The notes under the pieces were generated by a model. It searched no databases, was not told where the DNA came from, and saw nothing but the letters and a program-made list of their open reading frames with translations. Source: Trypanosoma brucei (taxonomy: Eukaryota). From it: a stretch of DNA of 64,000 bases. Below, piece by piece: positions 1 to 11,495 of the stretch (positions are counted from its first letter, which is position 1; every line of letters starts with the position of its first letter). The position numbers and the translations under genes were made by a program. The DNA lies in contig CP000069.1 of NCBI GenBank assembly GCA_000002445.1, positions 256,001-320,000 of the forward strand, read 5' to 3'.

Positions 1-2221
1 TGCCCGCATTATTCAACTGCAGGGCCCACGAGTACACAGCTTCGCTGTTACCATTATTGGAAAGTACGACTGTAGAGCGGGCCACAGGCTCCTCGCTAAA
101 GTTTGAGAAGTGGAGAACCATCTCCTCGCGCGAAAGCGAAACCTCAACAGGAACAGAATCAGCTTGCATTGTAAAGCGGAGCAGGTGCCTACCATTGATC
201 GTTATTTGCATCACCTGCTGAAGTACCTGAACCACTTGACTACGGAACGTTACATCAAAAACTGCAGAGCGACCGGGGGGGATCACTTGTGCCTGTGGTG
301 AGAATGACAAATGCTCTTCATCGGTTGGCATCGTGGCTAGCACCGCGGCGCTGGTGGCGTTGTACAAAAAGAACGGTTTTGTGGCGGTGGAGCCGACCGT
401 TACTCGATGGAATTCCAGGACCTTGACTGGTGCAACAATGCGCAACAGTTCCATGGGCTGAAGCTCCCGCTTGCAGTCGCGACGCTCTGCCGCGTTGCTT
501 GGCGCTTCCTTATAAACTTTCCGTATAAGTGTCTTCACGTCTAGCGTTACAAGTGGGAGATGATCCCCTGCACCCAGTCCACCCATCTCGCCCGCCGAAC
601 GCGACCTTCCAATAGGAGCCACGAGTTCTGGCTCTATCGGGCGCAATCCCTCAGCAGGAACCATGCCAAGGTCCACATCGTCCAGATTGGCGTACGTTTC
701 AGGCGGCGCAGCGGCGACATACGGTTCCGCTACAGGCTCAATGGCCTTCATGGTACGTTCAAAGTCCTGAGGAAGTTTGTCAATGCCACCGATACGCTTT
801 TGCTGCGGTACAATTTTGGTTGCGACACCCACCACCGTCAGCGGAGTGGTCTCCGTGTTGTTGAATACCACGTTGAAGCGCTCACTAAAGTTGCCAAGAC
901 GCCGTGGATGGAACGTCAACCGAACAGGGACGCTCTTCGCAGCACTCACGTTGCCTTCGTCAGGAGAAATATGAAAGTGAGCAATCCGAGGGAATTTAAA
1001 GTACAGCGGAGCGTCCTTGTGACCATTGTGAACTTGCAACACGAAGTCCCGGTAGTCATTCATTGCACATTCTCCGAAGTCGACAACGGTTTGCGATAGC
1101 CATGCCACAGTTGTCGTGGACGTTCCAGTAGCGCGCAATGTGTGAGTGTGTTCCGTTTCCACGAATAGTAGTGAGTACAACCACTCAAATGTTTCATTTA
1201 CAGCAGTTTGTTGGTCTCGACGACACGTCCAACCCGTTGCTTTCTCCTTTGACCTCATTGGGGCAAATATGGCGGTTACGTGTTTCTTTTCCCGCGGCCC
1301 CAGTCTTCCTTGTTGCGGGACGAAGCTAAACGGCGGGATATCCTCCGTGTTCCCATCGCTCAATAGCTGGAAAGCAAAGCTCACAGACTGCCTACTATCA
1401 TTTCTCACAATAAGTTCCATCGTTCGCTTTGCACCGACATATGTCTTGGGGAACATCAGTGAGTGCAACTCTTCGCCTGTGTTCGCATTCAGTAATGTTC
1501 CCCTACAGTCTATAACCTCCACTGTTACCGTTACCGTACGGGTCTTAGCCTCACCGTCGACAGTTACAGTGAGAGGAAACTTGTGGCGGCCGACTAACGG
1601 GCTCAGTAACTCAACCATTACATTTCCTTCGCTGAAGGGCCCAACATCGCAGTTCGCCGTCCGGACCCGGAGGGCAGAAGCTGCAGACTCACCTTCAGGA
1701 ACAATATGTACACGCGCCACACGGCGACCGGGGTTGCGAATGGCCAGTGATTGAACTATTCCGCGTGTGTTACGCTCCACAGTACCGAAGTCCAATGTAA
1801 GGGGAAACTCCACATCGGGGAAACACTTCGCGACAAGTGGAATTGTGATGGATTCTTTATCAGTAAACACAACAAAGCTATCTTCATAATCCTGTGATGT
1901 ATGCGTAAAGAACTCAGCCTCGATCACATGTGTGAGCCCGGGTGCAAGCCGTACAGAGTCGGTTTTAATACGAAATACGGTTTGATTGTTTGGATGGGTG
2001 AAGCGAAGTGCACATATTTCGCGCGACAGATTCCGCACTGTGAAGGGAATGACATATACAGTATCCACGTCGAAATTCGCATAGTATCCCTGAGTTGGAT
2101 GAACATGAATAGATCCTTCTGATGAATTGGAAGTGAGAGTCTGTACGGTATGGCTAATTTGTTTGCGCGGAGTAACCCCATTGGACTTTTTTGTGTCACT
2201 AACCGGCTCTTCCGTTGCCAT
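1..2221 (-). CDS. Partial CDS (N-terminal ~740 aa; C-terminus lies beyond window start). ASH (ASPM/SPD-2/Hydin)-type beta-sandwich repeat protein, probably flagellar/ciliary (Hydin/CFAP65-like).
   Basis: ATG at 2221..2219 opens a minus-strand frame. Translated codon by codon it stays open from 2221 down to 1919 and from 360 down to position 2. It begins MATEEPVSDTKKSNGVTPRKQISHTVQTLTSNSSEGSIHVHPTQGYYANFDVDTVYVIPFTVRNLSREICALRF and ends GNSEAVYSWALQLNNAG. It is absent from the ORF track because it has no in-window stop. The track also shows no stop-bounded ORF in that frame between these points. It carries repeated LDFGxV....L.IRN....F and VVDFGEC..NDYRDFVLQVHNG motifs typical of ASH/PapD-like domains. 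Confidence 0.6.
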   Translation of the reverse strand, partial: MATEEPVSDTKKSNGVTPRKQISHTVQTLTSNSSEGSIHVHPTQGYYANFDVDTVYVIPFTVRNLSREICALRFTHPNNQTVFRIKTDSVRLAPGLTHVIEAEFFTHTSQDYEDSFVVFTDKESITIPLVAKCFPDVEFPLTLDFGTVERNTRGIVQSLAIRNPGRRVARVHIVPEGESAASALRVRTANCDVGPFSEGNVMVELLSPLVGRHKFPLTVTVDGEAKTRTVTVTVEVIDCRGTLLNANTGEELHSLMFPKTYVGAKRTMELIVRNDSRQSVSFAFQLLSDGNTEDIPPFSFVPQQGRLGPREKKHVTAIFAPMRSKEKATGWTCRRDQQTAVNETFEWLYSLLFVETEHTHTLRATGTSTTTVAWLSQTVVDFGECAMNDYRDFVLQVHNGHKDAPLYFKFPRIAHFHISPDEGNVSAAKSVPVRLTFHPRRLGNFSERFNVVFNNTETTPLTVVGVATKIVPQQKRIGGIDKLPQDFERTMKAIEPVAEPYVAAAPPETYANLDDVDLGMVPAEGLRPIEPELVAPIGRSRSAGEMGGLGAGDHLPLVTLDVKTLIRKVYKEAPSNAAERRDCKRELQPMELLRIVAPVKVLEFHRVTVGSTATKPFFLYNATSAAVLATMPTDEEHLSFSPQAQVIPPGRSAVFDVTFRSQVVQVLQQVMQITINGRHLLRFTMQADSVPVEVSLSREEMVLHFSNFSEEPVARSTVVLSNNGNSEAVYSWALQLNNAG

Positions 2222-3369
2222 GATGTTTCAAAATAAGATTTTCCACGCACTGACTAATTTTCCCTCTCCTTTTTTTTCTTCAAAATAAAAAAAATAAAAA
2301 AATTTTTCCTTAGAGCACCTTCTGTTTTTTGAGCTTTTTTCTTTTTTTTGCCACACCCCAGAGACAAACAAACCCGAATATATTTCCTCTTTGTTACCCT
2401 TTGGTGACTTGTGTTCGCTTTTCACTCTACAAATATACACTTCTTTTTTTTTTTTGTGTGTGGATTCCTTCTTATATATTGTCAGTGTTATTTTAATTCT
2501 CCTTTCCCTTCAAGTGGGCGTGCAGGACCTCTCCCGTTAGTGAAGTCCTCCTCACCACCACTTGAAAGCACAGATAACAACCGTAATTGGAGGAGGATAA
2601 AGAGGGAGGAAAAATAAAAAATAAAAAAACAAAAGGAAAAAGAATTATTTTGAAGCCATATAAGGGTGAACTCCAACCGGATTTGATCCAGCTTCACAGA
2701 AGTTATGAAAATCTTAAAGGAAAAACAACAACAACAACAACAACATTAAAGGACCGGAATTGGGGTTGCGATGACAACGCCAGTAACCAAGCAAAGGTTA
2801 CCGCACAAAGAAGAGAGAAGGGAAGAGGAAGGTGGCGTGTGTGCGAGCAAGAAAACTTCTCTCTTATTGTCCTCTTTCTTTTTAGTTGTTAATTTTTAGT
2901 CTTATCATTATTGTTACTCGGAACGCCTGTTACTTTTCTCTCCCATTCTCGCACAAATGGGAGATGTCCAAACACATCGTCACACCTTACCGCTATTACC
3001 TATTCGCTTAAGTTTTGTCCCTCTTCAACATGCAAGAAGGAAAAGAAAGGGTCAGAGCTATAATTCTCGCTCAAAACACATTCCTTAATGTAGCACCTTT
3101 CTTTTTTTTTTTTTTGCAAGGGTCTCAACATAAATGTTTCTCCATTCATTTGCAGCTCACTTGCACTCTTTTCCCCTACTTCTTTCCTTCCTTCCTTCTT
3201 TCCTGTACTCACTGCTCAAAGCTGCTCCTTTTTTTTTCCTTTTTCTTTTTGTGATTTCAATATCCTTCATACCGTGTTCTGTTTCAACCATCAAACACAC
3301 ATCGAAATGCAAAAGGCAGTAAACAAAACATTTTTTTTTGTTGTTCGTTTTTTCCCACCCCCCGCCGAT

Positions 3370-5574
3370 TTATCGGCAGCGCAGCGGAAAGACATCAATT
3401 TGAATATCCCGCGATGTTGTGATCGCATGCGCCACGCGGTCCCTAATCATTGCCTCCTTTCGGCGACTTTCATCAGTGCGTGGGGGGGCGAGGTGTGCGG
3501 TAATGGTGCCGAGGGATGGTGCCGCCGTGACAAGAGCCCACCGCGCATAACTTGTGAGTACTGCAATGCAATCCACAATTGTGAGTTCCGCTTCCACTTC
3601 TTCACGAGTAACCGCATTGCCATCCTGGCGGTTGTGGTTTGCAGCTTGTCTAAAACTATCGCTTTTGCCCGCGACAGTACATGAGGAATTGGGTGTGAGG
3701 GCTGCCATAAGTGTAATATCTGCTACCGCACACAGCACTTCAACAGCACCGAGTGCACCAGCGGAAAGGGCGTCTAGAGCTGAGTTTAACAGCGCTGCAC
3801 CAAAGAGTTTAGCCTCTCGCCTAGCATTGCTTTTGTAGTTGCCGTCTCCACTTTTGTTGAAATGAGATCGTGTGGGACCGCCCCACTCGAGTAGTCGCAA
3901 ACCTCCAGCAGCAAGCGCCGGCTTCACAGCAAGCAGTGCGGCGACGCTCAGACGAACACTCGGGTTTTCCACGTGCAAGGCAAGTAAAATAGTGACAGGA
4001 TGAAGGGATTGAGCGATGGCAATGTAACGCAGCAGTTGCTTGTAGTACACCTTCATTTTTGAATTCGCCTGAATGCTATCGAGGACATCGTGATTGTACA
4101 CCCCATTCTTCTGCGATACGTAACGGCAGTCACGGACGATGAGGGTGGGCGGTCCCTTCACGGTACCCTGTAAGAAATTTATCACCTCACGCAGCTCCTG
4201 CTGGTGCTCTTCTTCCTCACTCTCATCCACTTTCCGTTGCTGCTGCTTCAGTAACCATGCATAAAGCGATTCTTCACCTCCAGTTTGGGTATGCCCGCTA
4301 AATGTAACGGAATCTTTGCTTGACTTGGCTCCTCCCTTGTTTGCGCTATCATCAGTGCACACCATCGCGACCGCCTTTCCATACAACACACATACCGTAG
4401 ACCCCACGGCTGTGAGACATGTGTGGACATCTTCTCCTTCTCCTTCTCCTTCCTCTTCCTCTTCCTTTTTCTTTTTCTTCTGGTCATCATGGTTGCCATT
4501 TCCACTTGCTTGTCGTCCCTTCAGGGAGGGCAAACGCACTTCGCGGCCGGCGTCGGCTGCCATTAAATTTTTAATTATAAGCGCACCATCTTCGTTAGCG
4601 GTGGTGAGGGCCCACGCTTCTCCAGCGGTAGTGTACGTCAAGTCCATTGCTTTTGGTGGAACCGTTATGTTTTCTGCAGTAAGGGACATGGACTCTAGGG
4701 AAAGTGCCAAGGTGGTCCCACTTGTCTTTCCCTTCTTACCTTTGAAAACAACAATCAACTGCCGCAGCGACCAATTAAAGGCGCAACAGAAAAACTTTCC
4801 TGCATCTGGTGAGACTTTCAAGCCCCCAACTTTGGTACGCTTCAGTTGCACAGCTCGTGTGTCGGAGACCGCCAACAAAACCGCCTCCAGCTTCCGTTCC
4901 TTCCTGTCAAATGAGGCCACGCAAATGTAGCGGTCGCCTTCATCTACAATACTTGTTGGGTGAGATGCTCCCATGAAATACCACAAATTATCAGCGCTAA
5001 CATCGTTTGACGGCGTTGTCGTCGATATCGATTTTCCCTGTGGGAGTGCTGTGCGACCGATAAGCGGCAATTTCTCCTCCCCGGGATTACTTGCCGGATC
5101 AAGGGCAAAAAACAATGCCTCTGCACCGGTGCGGACTACCAACGTTGTGCCGAAGAATACCGCCATTTCTTCAATACCATCCAAACCCTTTACAGCGGGG
5201 TCAAAAACACTTTCCTCACCCTTTTTTCCCTTTTTTGTTTTGCCATCAACACGTTTTTGTTGAGGCATGTCACCGAAACTGCAACTGCGGAAGCGTACGA
5301 GCCCCGATTGCTCGTAAAACACACCACAACGCTCCAGTGAGGCTCCAGGCGGGTGCCATGGCGCACAACAGCCCCAATGGGAGGACAACTCAACACTATG
5401 AAAACCTTTAGGTGCCGTTACTGTTGCCGTTGCCGTTACCGCGTTAAATAATTGCGAGAGCGGAAAGAAATAAATGGCACTCGGACCATACGCCGCCATC
5501 ACAGCAGCGTCTAGCGGTAAAAGACACTCACATGTTGTGGGTAGTTGTAACAACTCCATCATGTGTCGCTTCAC
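3370..5574 (-). CDS. Hypothetical conserved protein, 734 aa. N-terminal half looks beta-rich (propeller-like). There is an internal acidic/basic low-complexity linker (KKKKKEEEEEGEGEGED). The C-terminal half looks alpha-solenoid.
   Basis: Complete ORF in the six-frame track. Codon composition matches neighbouring genes. A purine-rich plus-strand stretch at 5640-5720 (a polypyrimidine tract on the coding strand) lies just upstream. No recognisable catalytic motif. Confidence 0.7.
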   Translation of the reverse strand: MKRHMMELLQLPTTCECLLPLDAAVMAAYGPSAIYFFPLSQLFNAVTATATVTAPKGFHSVELSSHWGCCAPWHPPGASLERCGVFYEQSGLVRFRSCSFGDMPQQKRVDGKTKKGKKGEESVFDPAVKGLDGIEEMAVFFGTTLVVRTGAEALFFALDPASNPGEEKLPLIGRTALPQGKSISTTTPSNDVSADNLWYFMGASHPTSIVDEGDRYICVASFDRKERKLEAVLLAVSDTRAVQLKRTKVGGLKVSPDAGKFFCCAFNWSLRQLIVVFKGKKGKTSGTTLALSLESMSLTAENITVPPKAMDLTYTTAGEAWALTTANEDGALIIKNLMAADAGREVRLPSLKGRQASGNGNHDDQKKKKKEEEEEGEGEGEDVHTCLTAVGSTVCVLYGKAVAMVCTDDSANKGGAKSSKDSVTFSGHTQTGGEESLYAWLLKQQQRKVDESEEEEHQQELREVINFLQGTVKGPPTLIVRDCRYVSQKNGVYNHDVLDSIQANSKMKVYYKQLLRYIAIAQSLHPVTILLALHVENPSVRLSVAALLAVKPALAAGGLRLLEWGGPTRSHFNKSGDGNYKSNARREAKLFGAALLNSALDALSAGALGAVEVLCAVADITLMAALTPNSSCTVAGKSDSFRQAANHNRQDGNAVTREEVEAELTIVDCIAVLTSYARWALVTAAPSLGTITAHLAPPRTDESRRKEAMIRDRVAHAITTSRDIQIDVFPLRCR

Positions 5575-6765
5575 TTAATAGGTGACAATATACATTTTAT
5601 TTATATTTGTGTAGATTCATGTGCGATGGAGTTGTTGTTTTTTTTTTTTAAAGAAAAAAGAGTGAAAAGAGGAAAGGAAGAGTTTGTAGTGTGTGGGAAA
5701 AGTAGAGGAGAATGAAAAAAAAAACACGGAGAACATAAAGCAACATAATACCATATGTAAGCCCACACATTACCATCGCGCAAGGTTCAAGTATTGGAAG
5801 GAGGGGGGGGGGGGAAACAAAAAAAGCAGGTGCACGGGAAAACCAAACCAAACCAAATCAAACCAAATCAAAAAAAAAAAAAACACCCCAAAACGAAAAA
5901 TGTTGATAATCGTGGCGACTGGACGGAAGAAGCGAAACCAAAGCGCACATGCACACACAAAAGGGGGGAAAAAAATACGTAAACAAACGTTGATTTTACT
6001 TACTCCGTGTTTTATCTTTATCTTTTCTTCTTTTTTTTTAAAAAAAAAAGCAAATACGAAAAGGGAAAAGTAAAATGTGCTCGTTGGAGTAACATTGACA
6101 ACAGCACTAACAAATAGGAGGAAAAGATATGATAATAAAGAGGGAGGGGGAAAAAAACAACAACAGGAATTCTCACTTGTTACTTAATAATTATCTTCAT
6201 TATTACTTTCTGTTCTTATTATTTTTCTTTTCTGTTCTCTTTCTCTCTCTCTCTCTCTCTCTTCATGCCTATCTCTTCTTCCCTTTTTTCTTTCCTTATT
6301 CCTGCGACCGTCTGTCTACTTCACTATTAAAAAGTTTTCTTTTCTTTTCTTTTTTTTTTTCCCCCCTCCTGTTCCCATTCCCATCTTGTCTTCATTTGCC
6401 ATTGCTTCTTTCTTTCTTTCGCTTCTTTTATTTTTTTTTCTTCTTTCGTTGAATTGTTCGTCCGCATATGTTGCCGGCGCCACCTTGCTGTTAGTTTCAG
6501 TTTTGGTTTCTCCCAAATTAAATCCCGTGCGCCTTAAAACTTTTTCCTCATCCATTCTTTTTTTCCCTTTTTCCCTTTTTCTCTTTTTTTTTTTTAAAAT
6601 AAAAACTTCTATCGTGCCAACACAAAGTACATATGATTATATTTACACAAATATTGACAACTACAAAATGCCAAATGAGCAACAAAACACACAAAGAAAC
6701 TCACAAGCGGGGAGGGGGAGGGGCGCACGGCTCATTTTTCTCACTTTTTTTTTTTAAAAAGAAAA

Positions 6766-6766
<1 letters not shown>

Positions 6767-6798
<32 letters not shown>
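6767..6798. repeat. (TTA)n trinucleotide microsatellite, about 10 repeats. Related (AAT/ATT)n runs recur at 7027-7051 and 7149-7199.
   Basis: ttattattattattattattattattattatt. Confidence 0.9.
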
Positions 6799-7249
6799 TT
6801 GTGTTCAGCTCGCAATGACAATGATAATCATGACGATGCTCACCATAATAATGTTTTAAATTACAATAACAATAGCAGTAACGGTACCATTGTTAATGTA
6901 ATTGTTTCTGTTTCTCATCGTATCGCCTGACATGATGAAGGGCGTGAAATAATCACAACTCAAAAAGGGATCAAAATCAAATATTTAAAGCAATAAACCA
7001 CCAACCACCAACCCCAATGACAACACTAATAATAATAATAATAATAATAATGTGCGTGCATATAAGTATGAATTGTATGCATAACATTTGTAAGTGTGTG
7101 AAATATGTAATTGTGATTACTGTCATTTGGTTTCCACCTGTCTTTCATATAATAATAATAATTATTATTATTATTACCATCATTATTATTATTATTATCA
7201 AATATTTTCTGTTCCCGTTTCCCTTCCACCACAATACAAAAGATTATGG

Positions 7250-7420
7250 CAGAAAAACCAAAAAGAAAGAAAAAAAAAAGAAAGAAAGAAAAAGAAGGAA
7301 AACTTAAGTGTAAATGGATAAGTAAGTAAGTAAGAAGGAAAAAAAAAAGGAAAGAAAAAAAAAAAGAAAGAACTCGACAAGACAAGAAGACAGAAAAAGA
7401 ATGAAAAAACAAAAAAAGGA
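7250..7420. repeat. Homopurine.homopyrimidine tract of about 170 nt, (GAAA/AAAG)-rich and almost free of pyrimidines on the plus strand.
   Basis: cagaaaaaccaaaaagaaagaaaaaaaaaagaaagaaagaaaaagaaggaaaac...ggaaaaaaaaaaggaaagaaaaaaaaaaagaaagaa. Confidence 0.8.
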
Positions 7421-10031
7421 ATATTCAAAACCATCCGGAGAATCCGATGGACGCTTCGCAGAAAACGAACAAGAAGAAAAGAACAAAAAGAAAAAGGGGA
7501 GGGGAAAAAAAAAACAACAACAACAAAGAACAATGCACAAATAAGAAACCAAAAATAAAAAAATTACAAAAAAAAAAAAGAAACCAAATACCCCCACGTG
7601 AAGTTGAGGCATTTAAAACTAAAATACACACAGCCATACGCATAAAAAAAAAAAGAAAGGAAAGAAAAAATGGAATCAGCACAAAAATAAATTCAACAAC
7701 AACAGCAGCAAAAACGCTAAGAAATGTTCGCACAAACATAAACAAAAACATAAACATTTATAAATATATATAAATAAATGTGTGTATTTTGTTGTTATGA
7801 AAGGCCAGCACCGCCACTTCATAATTTTCACGCGGCTGACGAGGCACACAAAATACAACAAATTTGCGCTCCCGACTTTCTTTTTCTTTTTTTCTTTTTT
7901 AAAAAAAGAACTTAAACTTGTCTTTATTTTTTTTTTTCCCCTCTCTCTGTCATTGTTCCACACACATATTTTCTTCTCTTTTCCCTTTTTTAAATTTAAT
8001 TTTCCCACATCCCGAAGATAAACACAACACAACACAACACAACAAACAAATGCATATGATTTCATTCATCACTGCATTTGTTTATTTTTATTTTTATTTT
8101 CCACTCGTAATGGTGCGCATCCAATGAAGTTTCCCCTTCTTTTTTTCTCTTCTCTTTTCTTTTCTTTTCTTTTCTTTTTGTTTGTTTGTTTGTTTCCCCA
8201 TTCAGAACAATAATAGTAATAATAATAAAGGGGGAGAAGTAATAAAATAAATGGCAGCAGAAACGAGATTCGTAACAAAACCACCACCACCACCTCCACT
8301 TCGAAGTAAAATGAAATGATTATGTTCTTGGAGACACGGAAAAAAGAAAAAAAAAGAACTTGAAGTGTGACATGACATGACATGACGTGACGGCGAGTGT
8401 GTTTTATATATTTTTTAAATTTTATTTTATTTCATTCACTTTTTAGTAATTTTATTTGTGTTGTTTGCTTTCTTTTTATTTTTTTCTTTCAAGAGAAAAA
8501 AAAAGTGTTTTGTGAGTGAAGGAAAAAAAAAAAAGAAAAAAAAAGGAGGGGTGTGTGTGTGGGAGAGTTGGAAATTAAAAAACAAGCACAAAAATAAAAG
8601 AGTAATTTAAATAAAACAAAATCATATGTTTTTGTTTTATTTGGTTCTGCATGTTGTTGTTGCCCTCACTTGACTTTTGATTTTTTTTCCTTTTAAAAAT
8701 ATAATTTCCTTCGCTTTTTGTGCTTTTTTCCCCCCCTTTTTTTTTCCACCCACTCCTCAATTTAATAATTTAATTTGCCTTCACCCAACGACACGAAACG
8801 AAAGAAAATATTTTTTTTTTAAAAAAAAGCACAAAAACAACAATAAAATTAAATAAAAGATGAAAGCAAGAATAAAACACAAACACGCACATGCACACGC
8901 ACATGCACAAACAAAAAGGAAGAAGGATTAGTCGTAGGAAAATATAAATATAAATAATTTTTATATAATTTCATGTAAAGGTATGATGAGACCGAGCATT
9001 TCAAACAAAACAAAAAACAAAGCTCTATTCTCTCTTCTTTTTTTTTTAAAAAAAAAATTATTTCATTTTATTTTCCCATTGAACAAAATAAAACAACAAA
9101 AGTAAATTAAATACAAAAACAAAATAAAACGAAGCTAAACGAAATGAAACGGAAAGGACAACGATGAAGAGATATGGAATGAGGAGGGAAGGAGGGATTA
9201 GTGTAAAACAAAGTAACAAACAAACAACCAACAAAAAAGAAAAAAAAAAAAAGGACAAAATCAAATAAAACAAAAAAGAGGGGGAAAAAGATACGATCAA
9301 TTGCAAAACGGACGAGCAAATACAAGATAGAAGAGAGAAAGAAAAAGAAACAAAACTAAACAAATTTTCTTTCTTTCTTCTTTCTTCTTCTTTAAAAAAA
9401 AAACACACACACACACATACACATACGCATTTATCATATAAATACATGTATACATATAAATATATATATATATAAATATATATAAACATATATACAAAAA
9501 TATGCAACAAGAACAATAAAGAATGCGTAAAATGGAAAAACGCCCTTCACACATCTCAATGCATATCAGTAGAAGCTCTCACAATCATGTAAGTATATGT
9601 GAACATAAATAAATATATTTATATATAATAAAGATGTGTGTGTACATGTGTATGTGTGCGGAGATAAGCTCGCGATTCCCAATCGTGGCTTGAAGAAACT
9701 GAAAGTATAGGAAGAAGTAAACGCAAAAAAAAAAAGAAAAAATCCAACAACTAAAATCAAAAAGTAAAAACGAAAACACCACCACCGCCACCAACGTAAA
9801 ATGCCGTTGGGAAATTAATATAATTCACGCGACAACGAGTAATTGAATGGCCACGACACGACACGACAAGACAAGAGAAGAGAAGAGGAGAAAAAGGATA
9901 AACTTAACAGAGAAAAAGAAGGGGGGGGGGAAAAAAAGAAAATAAAATAAAAAGAAAGAACAACAACAACAGCGTTACGACAAAATCATCATCAAAGGGG
10001 AAGGAAGGCATTGACCGAGTGCATACAAACG

Positions 10032-10034
<3 letters not shown>

Positions 10035-10072
<38 letters not shown>

Positions 10073-10080
10073 GTATATAT
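10035..10080. repeat. (AC)n dinucleotide microsatellite followed by an (AT)n/(TATG) run.
   Basis: acacacacacacacacacacacacacacatatatatatgtatatat. Confidence 0.9.
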
Positions 10081-11495
10081 GCATGTATATGTGTGATCTC
10101 TGTTTGTGCTTCCTTTGAAAAGGCTAAATAAATAAACATTTGAGTGGGTTGTCTCTTTTTCCTTTTTCTCTCTTTCTCTTTTACTTTTACCCCCTTCTTC
10201 CCTCTTTTGTGTGTGGGATTTCTTACAGCAATGCTGCGCAACATAAGTTCCTTTCAACTACTTCCCGTTATCATAAGTCCTTTCCCTTTCAATTAATCAG
10301 TAAGTCACATATACATATACAAAAGGTGCATGCACAAAGTCATTCACACTTGCTTTTTTTCTTTTCTTTCCTCTTGTGTCGTTTCTCTCTCTCTCTCGCT
10401 TTTTCTCTATTTCTCCTCTTTTTTTCGTTTTTCGCTTCCCCTTCTCCCACAAAAGCGTGTGAAAACAAAAACAAACAGTTTACCACCGCCATCATCGTTA
10501 GCGGCATTGAAATTTAGAGAATTATTACTTTTATTATGGTAAATTTGGCCATACAAATAAATGCACGTTTATGCATATATATATAAGGCGGTAGATTAGG
10601 AGGAGGCATCAATTGATACATGCAGCAGACATAAATAAATATATACAAACAACCACAATCATATACACACATATATACATATATGTATACATGTATACGT
10701 GCATTAAAAACCACAATCATGAAACAAAAAGTAGAGAATATAAGGGGGAGAAAGGGGTAACGACACCAGACGTGATGATGATAATAATAATTAGTGTGCA
10801 TCAAGGAGGGCATGGAAGAAGTGGGGGCAGAAGTATTTGTGTACATGTACGTGTGCATACGTTATATAAATATATATATACATATGCATGCATGCATGTA
10901 ATGGGAATTGAATAATAGTAACAAGAAAAAAAGATAACTACTGTGCGGAAGCAACAAATGTACAAACGTACTGCCACACATATACGCACACATACATGTA
11001 CAAAACTGTGCATTTCCCCTTTCTTGCACCTCCGTGTTTGGCATGTTACCATTACTGTTGTTATTGACGTACGCCTCAGTGAACATTTGCTGGCCCCTTT
11101 CACTCTTTTAAAATAGCGTAAAAGAAAAAAGGAAGCCCCCTCCATTTCTTTCTTTCATTCTTTCTCTGTGTTTCATCTGACTTGCACTTCGAGACATATT
11201 TCCATCTACTAGGATATATGAATGTACTGCACCGGAAGTGTACGTAATGGTGATATCCACACATAAGGGACTCTCAACGCCGCCTCTCTCCACCTTCCCC
11301 ACACCTCCATTAGTTGCGTTTCTGATAATCCTTCTTGCCTAATATATCAGGCGTTTATGATTACTATTATTATTATCATCATCATCATCGTCACCAATAC
11401 ATTTTCTTTCTTTTGCCCTACATTTTCTGTATCACATGGATCTACCCCCCTCTTTTCTTTCCCTTCTTCCTCACTGACAGCTTTCGTATCCTCCT

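Noticed and set aside
560-1754. Plus-strand ORFs 560..1099 (179 aa) and 1146..1754 (202 aa)
   Set aside because: They lie antisense within the long minus-strand ASH-domain CDS (1..2221). Their composition is low-complexity (R/S/T-rich) and they are typical shadow ORFs.
2153-2221. Initial impression that the ATG at 2221 frame terminates after 21 codons (CCA AAT TAG near 2155)
   Set aside because: Caused by misreading the row break between 2160 and 2161. Careful re-translation from the printed sequence shows the frame is open (…RKQISHTVQTL…).
4316-4930. Plus-strand ORF, 204 aa
   Set aside because: Antisense shadow ORF inside the 3370..5574 gene. It is S/P/F homopolymer-rich.
5600-11300. Numerous 60 to 150 aa ORFs in the low-complexity interval (for example 7026..7412, 7425..7757, 9058..9516, 9904..10257)
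   Set aside because: Their translations are F/L/K/Y/C homopolymers produced by reading microsatellites and purine/pyrimidine tracts. They are not protein-like.
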